64,000 nucleotides of DNA from Phoronis australis. Its lineage: Eukaryota > Animalia > Phoronida. The stretch covers positions 206,506 to 270,505 of the forward strand of contig NMRA01000426.1 in assembly GCA_002633005.1 (NCBI GenBank). Direction: 5' to 3'. The translations under genes were made by a program, and so were the position numbers. Positions 24,201 to 34,700 of the stretch are shown one piece after another. The notes under the pieces were generated by a model. The model ran no database searches. It was given only the letters and a program-made list of their open reading frames with translations, and was not told where the DNA came from. Each line of letters begins with the position of its first letter. Within the stretch, counting starts at the first letter, position 1.

Positions 24201-25927
24201 ACTCGCAATTCCTTCAACGTGAACTATCCGACACTCTAGTCATCTGGTCAATATGTGATATAAGACATCGCAATGAGGCGTGTGTCGGTCAGTCAATAAG
24301 CTGATTTCATTTCTCAGAATCCCCTTAATTGCCCTGTTTGCCACAAGTCTGAGATGCCAGCGTTTTAGAAGTAAATTGCGTAAAATGTTATTGTATAATA
24401 TCTAAACCAATGTACCAACTAGTTTGTCCGCGACTGAATTCATTTTTTCTTTTGATTTTTTCTTAAAATGCCACTGCATTTTCTGCATAACTCTAGAGAT
24501 CTTGAACTATCAATATTTCACACAATTTGTGTATTTTACAAAATATCCCTTCACGAAGTAAAACGTCCATTTCCCGGACTCTTTGTCAATAAGACGTTTT
24601 TGAGGAACAGTTCAGTAATTTATATCACCATAGTAAATCCGTTATCTTTGCATGTAGTAAAGATATGAAATATTTCGCAGATATGGCGAAGCCACTCCTT
24701 TAACTTCCTCGGTGTTTACAGGTGTGTAATTTGTTTACTTAAATTTGTATCAACTGAAATAGAAGTATATTTCACAAATTTGAGGAGAGCAAAATCCAAC
24801 AGTCTCAATTTTTAGGACTAGGAAACTGAATGTCGGTGTTAATGTCATTATTATTATTATTACTATTATGTTGTTAATTTTAACATTATTGGTATTCTTG
24901 GTGTTGTAAGATACTCCTACCATAATCGCTATCACTACTGTTTCCAGCATTTATTATGACGAGACATCAATATTGATTTAGACCATATATCGCCATGAAA
25001 CTGATCTCAAATAATTTCTAACTTAGAAAGTGCGAGGTTGACTGGCTTCGAACAAATAACAGTTTATCATTGCTTAAGACCAGGACCGGCGTATAAAATG
25101 AGTCGCCGTGACACTTTTCAGTTTTTTCCAAGTCACAAAAACATACATTTGTAATTTAATTAAGGAACAAAGTAAGACTAATTTCTGAAAGTGGACTAAA
25201 TAAAAAATACCTTTGTGTCGCTTTAAACTATGTACACAATGATCACTTACCTCGGCCTCATTAGACTTCTAATATTAGACTTCTAATGGAACTTCAAAAG
25301 AGAATTGTTGTTGGATCTTTGATGCCATTTCATCATCAGGTGAAAAAATTCAACTCGGAAAAACTCATTGTGCTGACTCACACCGTGCGAAATATTTTTA
25401 GATTTTACGGATAATTTTTAGTCTAATGCGTATGACAAACAAGATTATTTAAAAATAACATCGTTTATCCTATGGCAGAATACTTTTCTATCAACTTTTA
25501 ATGAAAGGTTTCAAAATCGTCGAGATTATGAACAGGCTTTAGTGAATCAGAAACATAACATGTACAAACCCGTTCCATTTGAGTCATTATCTCGTCTTTT
25601 TGAAAACATTCTCTCCCCTGGGTTCGCCTGCTTCTTTTGCGTTGAATTCTCTTCCAGGAAAACTCCTCTCCCCTTTGTACGATTTACTGTCTGCATCTGC
25701 ACGCCAAATAATTCCCTGTAAATACTGAGATTTTTAGTAAAGCTCGGAACTCGAAGATGCTGCGAGTTGGGAGTGTGATGAGATTTAGACGTGCGACTCC
25801 TTCCACCATTCTCTTCTGATTCAGGGTTTTGAAATTTGCTTATATATCGCCCTTCCTTGTATTGCCATTGCTTGCTATCCACTCGAAGTAGAATTAAACA
25901 CCACAAAGCAACGAGCGTCACACGCAT
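3090..25927 (-). CDS. ADGRL: Latrophilin/Cirl-like adhesion GPCR (multi-exon gene model, ~973-977 aa; exons listed separately)
   Basis: Spliced exons give signal peptide, HormR (YCEPVTARGIYWPLTLAGRRVLNNCP..G.AWWFC...GKW...DLRNC), GAIN, GPS (CVFW..WSSEGC..VECQCDHL|TNFAILL) and 7TM ([34 protein letters not shown]). Intron phases are mutually consistent; the 16 exons sum to 2922 nt. Family-level call; orthology untested. Confidence 0.92.
3425..3861. repeat. 30-bp minisatellite (~14 copies)
   Basis: Unit ~cacaaaataacgagagtaggaacccggtat. Confidence 0.9.
4438..4564 (-). CDS. aGPCR exon: TM6/ECL3/TM7
   Basis: ttgcag|VWIKGSMTLVSLLGCTWSVGFFYLSQETVVFAYLFTLLNATQ|gtacgt. Confidence 0.95.
4700..5330. 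repeat. Degenerate minisatellite with 57-bp core (4860-5092)
   Basis: cagccatatataaatgacactttaacagtcatccataatgacgcacgagaacatccc x~4 plus aaatgac..gaaca half units. Confidence 0.85.
5475..5660. repeat. 20-bp tandem repeat abutting a splice donor
   Basis: Unit ~tactaccatagctagttact. Confidence 0.8.
5660..5757 (-). CDS. aGPCR exon: TM5/ICL3
   Basis: ttccag|ANFVILCIALRIADQQTKRKIKICGGHQLCYI-K|gtaagt, phase 0/2. Confidence 0.9.
6141..6207 (-). CDS. aGPCR exon: ECL2/TM5
   Basis: tttag|CWLNSQDLTILAFAVPAGCVLV|gtaagt. Confidence 0.93.
7250..7316 (-). CDS. aGPCR exon: TM4
   Basis: tcacag|GIPVVIVSFSFAFLKDGYGSNY-S|gtaagt, phase 1/2. Confidence 0.93.
9073..9223 (-). CDS. aGPCR exon: TM3/ICL2
   Basis: tttcag|[42 protein letters not shown]|gtaagt. 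Confidence 0.95.
9841..9943 (-). CDS. aGPCR exon: ICL1/TM2
   Basis: tttcag|[34 protein letters not shown]|gtaagt; latrophilin-like RNTIHxNLC. Confidence 0.95.
11731..11834 (-). CDS. aGPCR exon: TM1
   Basis: cttcag|ASDADKHALNVITHIGCGLSVVGLLLCILTFSCF-R|gtaagt. Confidence 0.95.
12673..12831. repeat. ~40-bp tandem repeat (4 copies)
   Basis: tcacaaaataacctt..gtgttcctgatacagg. Confidence 0.75.
13024..13162 (-). CDS. aGPCR exon: GPS autoproteolysis motif and Stachel
   Basis: WSSEGCSLVHSNETHVECQCDHL|TNFAILLDV, canonical GPS. Confidence 0.96.
13388..13567 (-). CDS. aGPCR exon: GAIN, start of GPS (CVFW)
   Basis: LGSKVISATL..VRLVF..ATCVFW; donor AG|gtaact; AAG acceptor less certain. Confidence 0.88.
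13831..14038 (-). CDS. aGPCR exon: GAIN subdomain B
   Basis: ttgcag|..VMFPS..SIHLP..VFIAYSTLQGML..|gtgagt, phase 1/2. Confidence 0.88.
15057..15168 (-). CDS. aGPCR exon: GAIN
   Basis: ttacag|PARRQPALQVIEGLEQEAFLLCD..KKNTY|gtaata, phase 0/1. Confidence 0.85.
15827..15898 (-). CDS. aGPCR exon: GAIN
   Basis: ttccag|LVFNVSDTLLSPLTAQAWFDIPSG|gtaagt, phase 0/0. Confidence 0.85.
16570..16672. repeat. (TATG)n microsatellite
   Basis: Direct observation. Confidence 0.95.
17318..17430. repeat. (TATG)/(GCAC) compound degenerate microsatellite
   Basis: Direct observation. Confidence 0.8.
17481..17773 (-). CDS. aGPCR exon: HormR second half / GAIN subdomain A
   Basis: tttag|..AAWWFCDTDGKWWPRYADLRNCTS..MYGGDIV..EEILQ|gtagga. 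Confidence 0.9.
19196..19837 (-). CDS. aGPCR exon: basic/Thr-rich stalk, Cys cluster and first half of HormR domain
   Basis: Acceptor tttctgtcacag|, 642 nt open, ends YCEPVTARGIYWPLTLAGRRVLNNCPTNTT-G|gtgggt. Confidence 0.85.
19888..19985. repeat. 14-bp GC-rich tandem repeat
   Basis: ctgcaggcggcggt x~7. Confidence 0.85.
20515..20606 (-). CDS. Tentative Cys-containing aGPCR exon (GCTTTAGLARSVMHNATWNYLPCRTLCQSF)
   Basis: Pyrimidine tract ttttctctcactag| and donor A|gtaaat (phase 1, fits next exon); entry phase not reconciled with exon 1. Confidence 0.3.
25570..25927 (-). CDS. aGPCR putative first coding exon (signal peptide MRVTLVALWCLILLRVDS)
   Basis: ATG followed by a hydrophobic signal peptide, 119 open codons, donor G|GTTTGT in phase 1 matching the phase-1 acceptor at 19837. 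Linkage to the gene is inferred. Confidence 0.65.
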
Positions 25928-26478
25928 CCTGATAGCCTAGTCGCAGCTCACCGTCTAAAACTGAAGCGCACATTAAGTGGTTTTTATTGCAGGTTGTCGA
26001 TTGCTCAGAACGGTACGGAGCGTCTAATTAGTCCGTTTAAACGATCGGCAGTGTCTGCGGACCAACATTGCCGGTCAATTTTCTACTGTAAAGATCTTAG
26101 CAAATAACAAGGATCTATAACAAAGCACAGTTTATAAATCTTTTAAGCCACACGGCCAGGTACATTTTTTCGTGGTACATGTATGTGTTTGTTGCACGTT
26201 GCCACTGATTTAATGGATATTTCTGTAACAAGCACATGCTCAATGTACCCTGGGGATGAATTCTAACACCTGTTACAACATTTTTACTCAAAATCCATTC
26301 TCCTGACTGGAGTTCGTTTGTCTTTCCTATGAAGGAAACCTATGCTTCCAAGTTCATGCTTCTGTATCTAAAAATTGGCGGGAAGACACATCTCGAGATA
26401 AGTCTTCAACTTTCTACTAAATTTCAAATGCCAACTATGTCTACTTGACATGTACACTGGGTAATACCTAAGTGATTG

Positions 26479-26693
26479 TATAAAATAGTAAAACTAGTAA
26501 AACTAAAACGACTAGCGTCGGTACTAAAATATATCAAAATATCCCCCACGTTTTGAGCGATGCGCTCTTTGTCAAGGGTGTGGCTGTAGCCCACCATTGA
26601 CAAAGAGCGCATCGCTCGAAACGTGGGGGATATTTTAATATATTTTAGTGCCGACGCTCGTCATTTTAGTTTCACTAGTTTTATTATTTTATA
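26479..26693. repeat. ~215-bp near-perfect palindrome (foldback)
   Basis: ~100-bp arms, e.g. aaaatatcccccacgttttgagcgatgcgctctttgtcaa / ttgacaaagagcgcatcgctcgaaacgtgggggatatttt. Confidence 0.9.
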
Positions 26694-29600
26694 TTTTTGT
26701 CCGTCGGTAACTACACGGCATTCCAGTATGTTTTTGATGCCTAAGTGATCGTATACAACTTATCTCCCTCCCTCCCCCTCCCACGCCTCTCTCTCTAGCT
26801 AAAACTTCAAAAACCACGCCATTTTCATGATTTGTCGTGGGAAGCAAACCTTGGTTTATGGGGTTTCGGCAATTTTGTTCTGACAAACGGTGTAATATCC
26901 TGAGGTTCTGACAGATTTGATACGCATATACACACTAATTGCCCAGAACGATTTTTCATAGCCAATCAATGTAGTAATGCAGGATACTAAGGTATTTACA
27001 AATCGTGATGAATAACAAAAGCTTCCCTTTTTTAATGCTCGTGTTGGTGAAAAACGTTGAGAATGCTGAATTCAGACAGCGCGTTACGTATCAAAATGTC
27101 TCCACCTTGACCACAAAGTGTTAATCCGCCAAACAGGATAACGCTTCGAATTTGATCTATTGGATCAAGTTGTTCGGTGTATGATGACGTCATTTTCATT
27201 ACTCAACATGATGTTTATAAAACAGAACAGAACAGAACAGAATAGATAACATGTTTCTTTTCAAACTTAACAGCAACTTTGAAAATTGTGTTCTCGGTTG
27301 TAATATTTGGGAAAATGTTCTAATTTGGCGCAAAATTAAGATACCCGGTATCTATTATTCTGCGTTCGAGTACATTATTGGTTTATGCAAATGACTTCGG
27401 GAGTTCACATTTGATGACCCTTAGATTCCAGCTAAGTAAAAACACGAAATCTCGTGTTAAGACTAATAGAGTCATTAAGTGCAAACTAAGATTAAGCAGT
27501 TTTTCAGTGGAGCCATTACGCACTCGACCTTATCCCATATATATGAAAATATGGAAATTGTATATGTCACGTTATCAACTCTGATACACACATAGGTTAT
27601 CCGACATACATTGGAATACTACTGCCATATCCTATCGAGAATTCATTTCATCTGGGAATGTCCCAAAGAGACCGAACCTATTTATATTTGGGTAAGGGTA
27701 ATCATCCCACATATATGAAAAATGAAAATATAGCCATCTTATATGTGACGTATTCAACTGTGATATACGGGAAAGTAGAGCCCATCCGTATATCACGGTA
27801 GACGCCATATTCAAGGGTAGAAGCAGTATTTCATGGTTGGTATGCAGTCTGGTGGTGGAGTAAATTCGCGAGTACAACGCCAAATGTTATTGGGCTCAAT
27901 CATTTGGGTAACCTAAATCATTAAGTCAAGGCATCGCTCCTGAAAAAGCAGTTTTACTGCTCTAAAAACAGAAAAGATTTACCCATGAAAATTCCGACGC
28001 ACGGTGATCAGGGGGTTATTTTTGGGCCTCGCTGAATAAGTTTCAATCTGGGTCATCATACATGTAAATAGCTCAAACTGAGTAAGGTCATCGGCTAGTA
28101 AAATCTGCAAAATCTAATTCAAATTCAACAAACACGTTTCGTTATGGATGCATACAGCATATCTACCCTGGGATCTAAGGTCTTTACAGGAAATAAAGAC
28201 CTAATAACGAGTATGTGTTTTTTTACTGGACCAATTGTCTGCTCGCAGTGTTCAACTCTCCGTCGCCGGCCGTGGCGTAAAACTTCTGCTTTGCGATAGT
28301 CCTTACCTCAAGTTCCGCAAATCAGCTCAATTTCCACCGTTATTTTCCAATGCTGTGATCAACACATGGAAATGTTTCTATTGGTATGTACAGTCCAGAA
28401 GCCAAGACACGAAAATGTACCAAGAAAACTAAGAAATCATCGAAGCTGACAACAACCTGTTACTTACAACTCAGTTCAGGGAAAGGTGTCAATTTTTATA
28501 TTCCCGGATGGATTGTTTCTAAGTTTTCGACAAACTTTTGATATAATTGAATAGTTCAATGCTTCTATATTTCATAATCTAAAAAATCTCATGAATTTAT
28601 TACGAAATATAACTATACTGGTCATTCAACACTTTCACAGATTGTCTTGTAGCTTAGCCAGTTTTTGTACGGTACTTGGCATACATATGACGTCATATAA
28701 CAACAAGCCGGATCACACGGCAAAAAGGTATTGCCACGATAATGCAAACAAGTCCAAATATATGGGATAAATAGGTTATTTCACATACATAGGAATACTA
28801 CTCGGACATTCCCAGATCGAATGAATATGTATACCCATTTGGAGTTCGCCCACGATTAGAAAAAAAGACAAAAGTATAATTTGGATTTCGATCTCTGATA
28901 CATTTCAACACTTCGGCCTTCTACTAAAATTGCCGGTAACATTTCAAAGACACAGTTTTGACAAATATATGTGTACCTTATTTTGTTTCCCAGTCAAATT
29001 TGGCGTCAAGACATTGTTTTATCAAGAAGTTATGAATTTAGTGCACGCGCACAGTTCTGAAAGACATCGTACGCTCGAGCGTTTAGCAATTTAAAATTAG
29101 ATGTATAGCAGAACCTACGAAACTAACTCCTAATTGTAACAGAGAACTGGATATTTCATAAAAAGGTAAAGGAGATTTGGAAATTTTGTAAAAAACACAA
29201 GGTAGGTATGCACAACTCAAGCTTGACATAGTTGTCGAAGCCTCCATCGGCCAATTTGACATTCCGTTTGTTTGCCAAAGCTTAACGACTTCTTTACTTG
29301 GGCTCAGTTCTCTGTACGAAACTATGTAATTCATACACAGGATTGAAATCGCCATGGTGGTGGTCTATTAATAAATGTTTGCAGTGATAAATGCCACAAA
29401 CAAATAAGGGACCTTGAATGTGCATATGACAATACTGAATGCCTAGTTATAGAAGTTTCCTTTAGAAGGGAGAAATAGTTCTTCATATGTCTGTACAAAC
29501 CGCACTCTATAAGAACTGTTAGCCTGGTAGAAAGTCTAGAAACTCTATGTAACAAAGTTTTATTAGAAGGCAAAGAATTTTTCTTCTTAGGAGATATAAA

Positions 29601-31542
29601 CGGTAACATAGACATTAGCAACCTCTTATCTGCCTTCATGGATATTCATTGCTTCACCAGCCTTGTGTATATATGAGTCCATTTCTTTCAAAGAAACCCC
29701 AGTCTAATTGATGTAATACTCACTGGCAGGTCCATACATATTACCTTGTTGGTTCCATAGCAAAAATGACTTTGTCTAGACTTAGACCACGCCCCGTTCC
29801 ATGTTGCCCAAATATTGGAACCCCTGATGACATACTATGGGTACATAACGATATTGTGCACCAAATCATAAACTCTTATGCCTCCCCTGAAGAAAGAAAA
29901 CCATCACAAAATCCCAAGTTCAATGTTTGAATGGGAAACGTTCAAGACCGCGGCGGAAAGTGGAAATAGATTCGCGAGTGAGGTACGTCGCTCTAACATC
30001 CTATAGAAATACCCTGCCGATGTCAAGAAGCTTGGAGAACTATTTTCGAGCAGAATTTTCAGAGACTTTGCGATTAAAGTGCTTAAAACAACCACATATC
30101 TTTTTTGCTAAGTGACTATCACCTTCCTTTTTACCTATGCATATCATGACTGAATTCAATTTACCAAAAAAAAACCGAGAAAATAGAAGAGCAGCGACTT
30201 TATCACATGCGCGTTGGATCTGTCGAGGAAAATACGGCCATGTAATAAAGTTTTCCGTATTCACCTCCCGCACTACTTCAACAGCGACCCCTGACATGGG
30301 AAGTTCAAAAGGTAGGTCAATGTCGACTCGACATCTTTAGCCGGTTCGATCATCAAACTTTGCGAACATAGTTTAAAGTAATACAGTTGCAGCAGTGTAA
30401 CTAACACTTGACATGCAGCAAGGCCCTAAACGTAAAATCTGGAACAAAACTGTTAATTATAAAACACTTATGTTTCAGTTTTCAATTGCTGAATACTATA
30501 TCGTCTGCAACTCAGGCGTCGATTCCTAGGAAATTAAAATATCAAATATTGTTGTTTTTTAACTACTGCAAGGTGATGTTACAAATTCACTGCACAGTTG
30601 CCGTTGTTTTCATCTTTGCTACCTCTTTTCAAGAAATAAATCGTTAAAACTGTTTCTCTTACAAGAGAAAACTCGCAACCTAACGCGCAAGTACATACAT
30701 GTAGGATGTGATCCACCATGTGAAAAGTCTTGGTGGAGTATTTGAAAAATCTGCCAAAAAATGTAAGAAACTTAGGGAATTGAAGCGCATGGGATAAATA
30801 CGAAACGAGACATTATTCCTTGTATCGACCTCGACCTTCGGTCTCGGTCGATACGCGGAATAAGGTCGAGTGGGATATTACTTTCTGTACGCCAATCGAG
30901 GTACGTTTCGTGTATTTATTTGAACGTTTCTTAGCTCCACGACTTTGACGTGTCAAGTCCACCAACACGCGAGTTTCTTGTACAAACATGCGCATTACCC
31001 GCTATTCTCTGAAGTCCTGCGGTAAAGTAAAAAAGCCACAACAGGCTCAAATACTGAGTTGTCACAACCACTACAAACGCAATGCCTCACCATTCGTTAA
31101 CTTATTACATCATAAACCACGGGAAAACCAGCAGCAATATCTCACGACTTTTCACTCAAAGTACAATGGACAATGACTAATGTTGTGGATGGTTGTCCCG
31201 GTTCTACGTTGTAAATATCAACCAATAAATGCTAGTAACTCGGAATCGGTTAATTATCATATCGTCAGATAGTGTTTACTGGTGTTCTAATTCGACAGTT
31301 AATCGACTGGTCATTTTTCGGTGTTTTTGATAAGATGCTGGTAGTTTTAAACATTTCAAATTAATTACACGAACGCTACGAAGGTATATAGTCATCCAAA
31401 TAGCTGTGTAAGATGAACGTCCCAAAGCTAACCATACATATATGAAACACAAACATCTGTGAATAGAGACAAATTTAGATACAAATCACTAACGAAATTA
31501 GTAATGGGAAGCTCGCGGCATTTCTACCCTTCTTTTGCAGAA

Positions 31543-31748
31543 ATGAGCCCAGGCCTGGTGTGTCTTTTAATAGCTCTGACAAAGCACGCCAGCTCAGCTA
31601 GGAACAGTTCAATTGTGACCATCAAAGTGGGCCTATCGATGCCGAATAACTCGGACGAATTCGGCTTGACACAGTCCGCCAGTGCTGTTAAGATTGCCGA
31701 GATGACTGCCAGACGAGAGAAAATTATCAAAAATGACGTTGAGTTCCA
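31543..31748 (+). CDS. rGC exon 1: signal peptide and ectodomain start
   Basis: ttttgcag|aa[40 protein letters not shown]|gtaagt; the acceptor just upstream implies an untranslated exon further 5'. Confidence 0.85.
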
Positions 31749-34700
31749 GTAAGTTTTCACCAGTTCTACATCTTTTTCGGGGATTTGTCCATTTATATTT
31801 TCATTTTTTCTGCTAGTTGTAAGCATAAGTGTACATGATCGCATACACACAGAGATACACGTGCGGGTGCCTGTAAATGATGGCATACATACAGAGATAC
31901 ACGTGCGGGTAATTGTACATGATGGCATACACGCAGAAATACACGTGCGGGTAACTGTGGATATCCATTTACGTTTTTCAAGCCAGATTTATTCAATGAT
32001 TTACTGAGCTTGCCCAAAACACTGCATCACATATTTCGATAGCAGTGTGAACAAACTGAGACCAATTTTACAGTGAACCTTGTTGTATGTTTTCCAACTT
32101 CACTGACAACAATAGCGAGTTCACGACAAAATCGATGATGCTTGCCACAAACATAGACCTGCAATTACATTGTCCACCATATCTCTTTTTCCTACGTCCG
32201 TTAGTGGGAATTACTGCAAAATTGACGTGTTTGCTCATGGAAGCCAATTTGACCGTGAATTATCGTGATGCTGTTATTCACTGTCCATTTAGTAACAATT
32301 TTCAGATCGTTCGTCAAAGCTTAGAAGTCTTCAAAACAAACTGTCGTGTGTTCGTATTGCGCATTCATCGACGACACTTAGATGTAAAAATATTGATGTT
32401 TACATTATGGACTTCATTGAAGGAACACTTTAACTCTTATCAAAGAAAAAATATCAAGTATCCAAAAACGCGCGGAAAATTTGTCACTTGTTCTATGGTC
32501 ACATGAAGCGAGCAACGTGTCAACTGGTAATGCATGATACCTTACGGTCTTTCAAAGCGGATCAGTCGAAATAAATTCCTCTGATTTCTGTTGACTGGGC
32601 CTGTGTTTATCTTTTCTCAGTGTCGGAATATTGCAACGATGAAGACGTTTTATCCATATATCGTGCATGTTCATTCAAAATGTTCTAACTCGCACTGTTT
32701 TTCGTACGATATAACAACCAGTCACTAACGTACAATCAGTACAACCACTGGCAACTGGGGAGATAACTCGACAACATCCCTTAATGAAATTGTTCAAATC
32801 TAAACAGTTAATGTATGATAGAGTCATATTTATTATTGCAATTTTAATATATTTATTTATAAAATGTCTACGATAAATATAGTCACGCAATCAGTGAACA
32901 GTTTGTGTACACGGTGGAGAAAGCGATCAGTCCAGGGGCCACGTTGTGTTCAGCTAATTTTGAAGATTCGTGCTTCAACCAGTCACAGAATTGATGAAGG
33001 CTTCTTCAAAGTGTAAGTTCATTTGATGGACAAAAAGAGTGTATTGTGTTGTACCAAAGGCATTGCTGGGAACGAGGTTGTCAGGCACATAAAATTGACT
33101 TAGTTTCAGTCCGACCGTCAGCAAAGTACAGTAATTTTAGAACAGACAAGACAGAAACAAAACAATTAGATAAGAACGTTCTTGACAAACCCACTCGCCT
33201 TTCGAAGAAACGAAAACAATATGGCCGCTATTCAAGACTTCTGGACTTTAACAGTCAGGTTAAAATCTTCGGTTAATAGATTTACTGTCCGAGACTTATA
33301 CATATTATTCGACACTTGGTTAGAAAATTGAATCGCGATCCAATAAAAGATTCTTAATTACCACTCAGAAATTTCAGCTGTGAAATCAGAACTGTCCGCA
33401 GAGTAGGCTCCAACTCGGCTTGACTCGGCTTGACTCGCCGATGACGCTAGTGCCGGAGTTGAGTTCGTACTGCTTCAAGCACGCAAAGTCTGCTGATATG
33501 GCTGGATCTAACGCATCTGTTTCACCTACATGTATAACCTGAGTGTCGTCTTCACCCCCATCTCCATATCTGTGTTCATAATACTCGTCAAGCTCGCTCT
33601 CTAAGTCTTCGTAACTTACAAAATCACTACTATTCGCCTTTGCAACATGCTATCAACTGATCAACGCCTTCTTTAGTTAGATTTTATGCTATAAAATAAT
33701 TATACATAGTCTAAAACCCTCAAAATGTGCAAAAATCCAGTGTAGAAACTCTTTAAGCTCTATGAATTGTCATCTTTGAAAACCACGTTGGGGGTTCAAT
33801 TTTGAGCGGGACTGCATGTTTTATTATCTTTTTAGCACGGACTGCGGGCATTCCTATGGAAATGATAGACCAAATGATGTTCAAATATTACTTCAATGAC
33901 ACGATTCACCGCTATTAACTTGATGAATTCAGTTCGAAGTTTAGAGTTTCAGCTTGGCCTAATTATAGTCTAGTACCCACCCATAGGGTCCCGATAGGGG
34001 ACCTAGAAATTTTTAGTAATTGCAGGCGGTCTGGCACAGGTTGTGTCTGGCACAGGTTGTGTCTGGCACAGGTTGTGTCTGGCACAGGTTGTGTCTGGCA
34101 CAGGTTGTGTCTGGCACAGGTTGTGTCTGGCACAGGTTGTACCAGAGGCGCGCAGGCCTCTCAGGTGAGCCCATTGCACCGATCATCTGAAACATTTTAT
34201 TCTTTATTAATGATAAATCCTATGGGAGGAGCTAAAGACCAGTGTGCCCCAATTGGACTCGAACCCACGAACACAAGTAAAGGAAGCGGTCACTCATACC
34301 ACTTCGCTACCCAGCCTCCTCTTAGAAATTCTTAGTACTGTAAGGTTTTTTGGTAGTTTCATGTTGAGGTGGCCACCTGAAGCATTTTGGCTGGGTCGTA
34401 ATAATGACGTGGTTTTAATACTTTTTTTAAATAAGGAAATTAAGGCCACCATTATGCAAAAGTATGGTTTTGCTTATAACTTCCTTACTTAGCACCATAG
34501 GTAGATGGTGCTGATGTTTTCAGCTATGTTTCGAAGGTAAGTGAATTGAATGGAGCTAGTTTACAGGTAGATAAATCGTAAATTTATGCAAATTAAGACC
34601 ACCATTATTTGAACATCTACTAGTGCTTATAACTAGGATAAAAAGCACTATAGCAAAATGATATTGATATTTTTTCTATATTTCTATGGTCATTTAATTT

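Noticed and set aside
23489-24699. Second TTAA-AGG...CCT-TTAA element
   Set aside because: The ends are not inverted repeats beyond 3 bp
25251-25291. Micro-exon before a strong GAG|GTAAGT donor
   Set aside because: Candidate acceptors give stops or phases incompatible with the preferred exon-1 donor; unresolved without RNA data
29083-30297. Third gene in the intergenic region (exon-like minus-strand segments)
   Set aside because: In-frame stops and no recognisable domain; probably decayed transposon sequence, needs BLASTX
34243-34320. Functional tRNA gene
   Set aside because: A/B boxes are present but acceptor and anticodon stems do not pair convincingly
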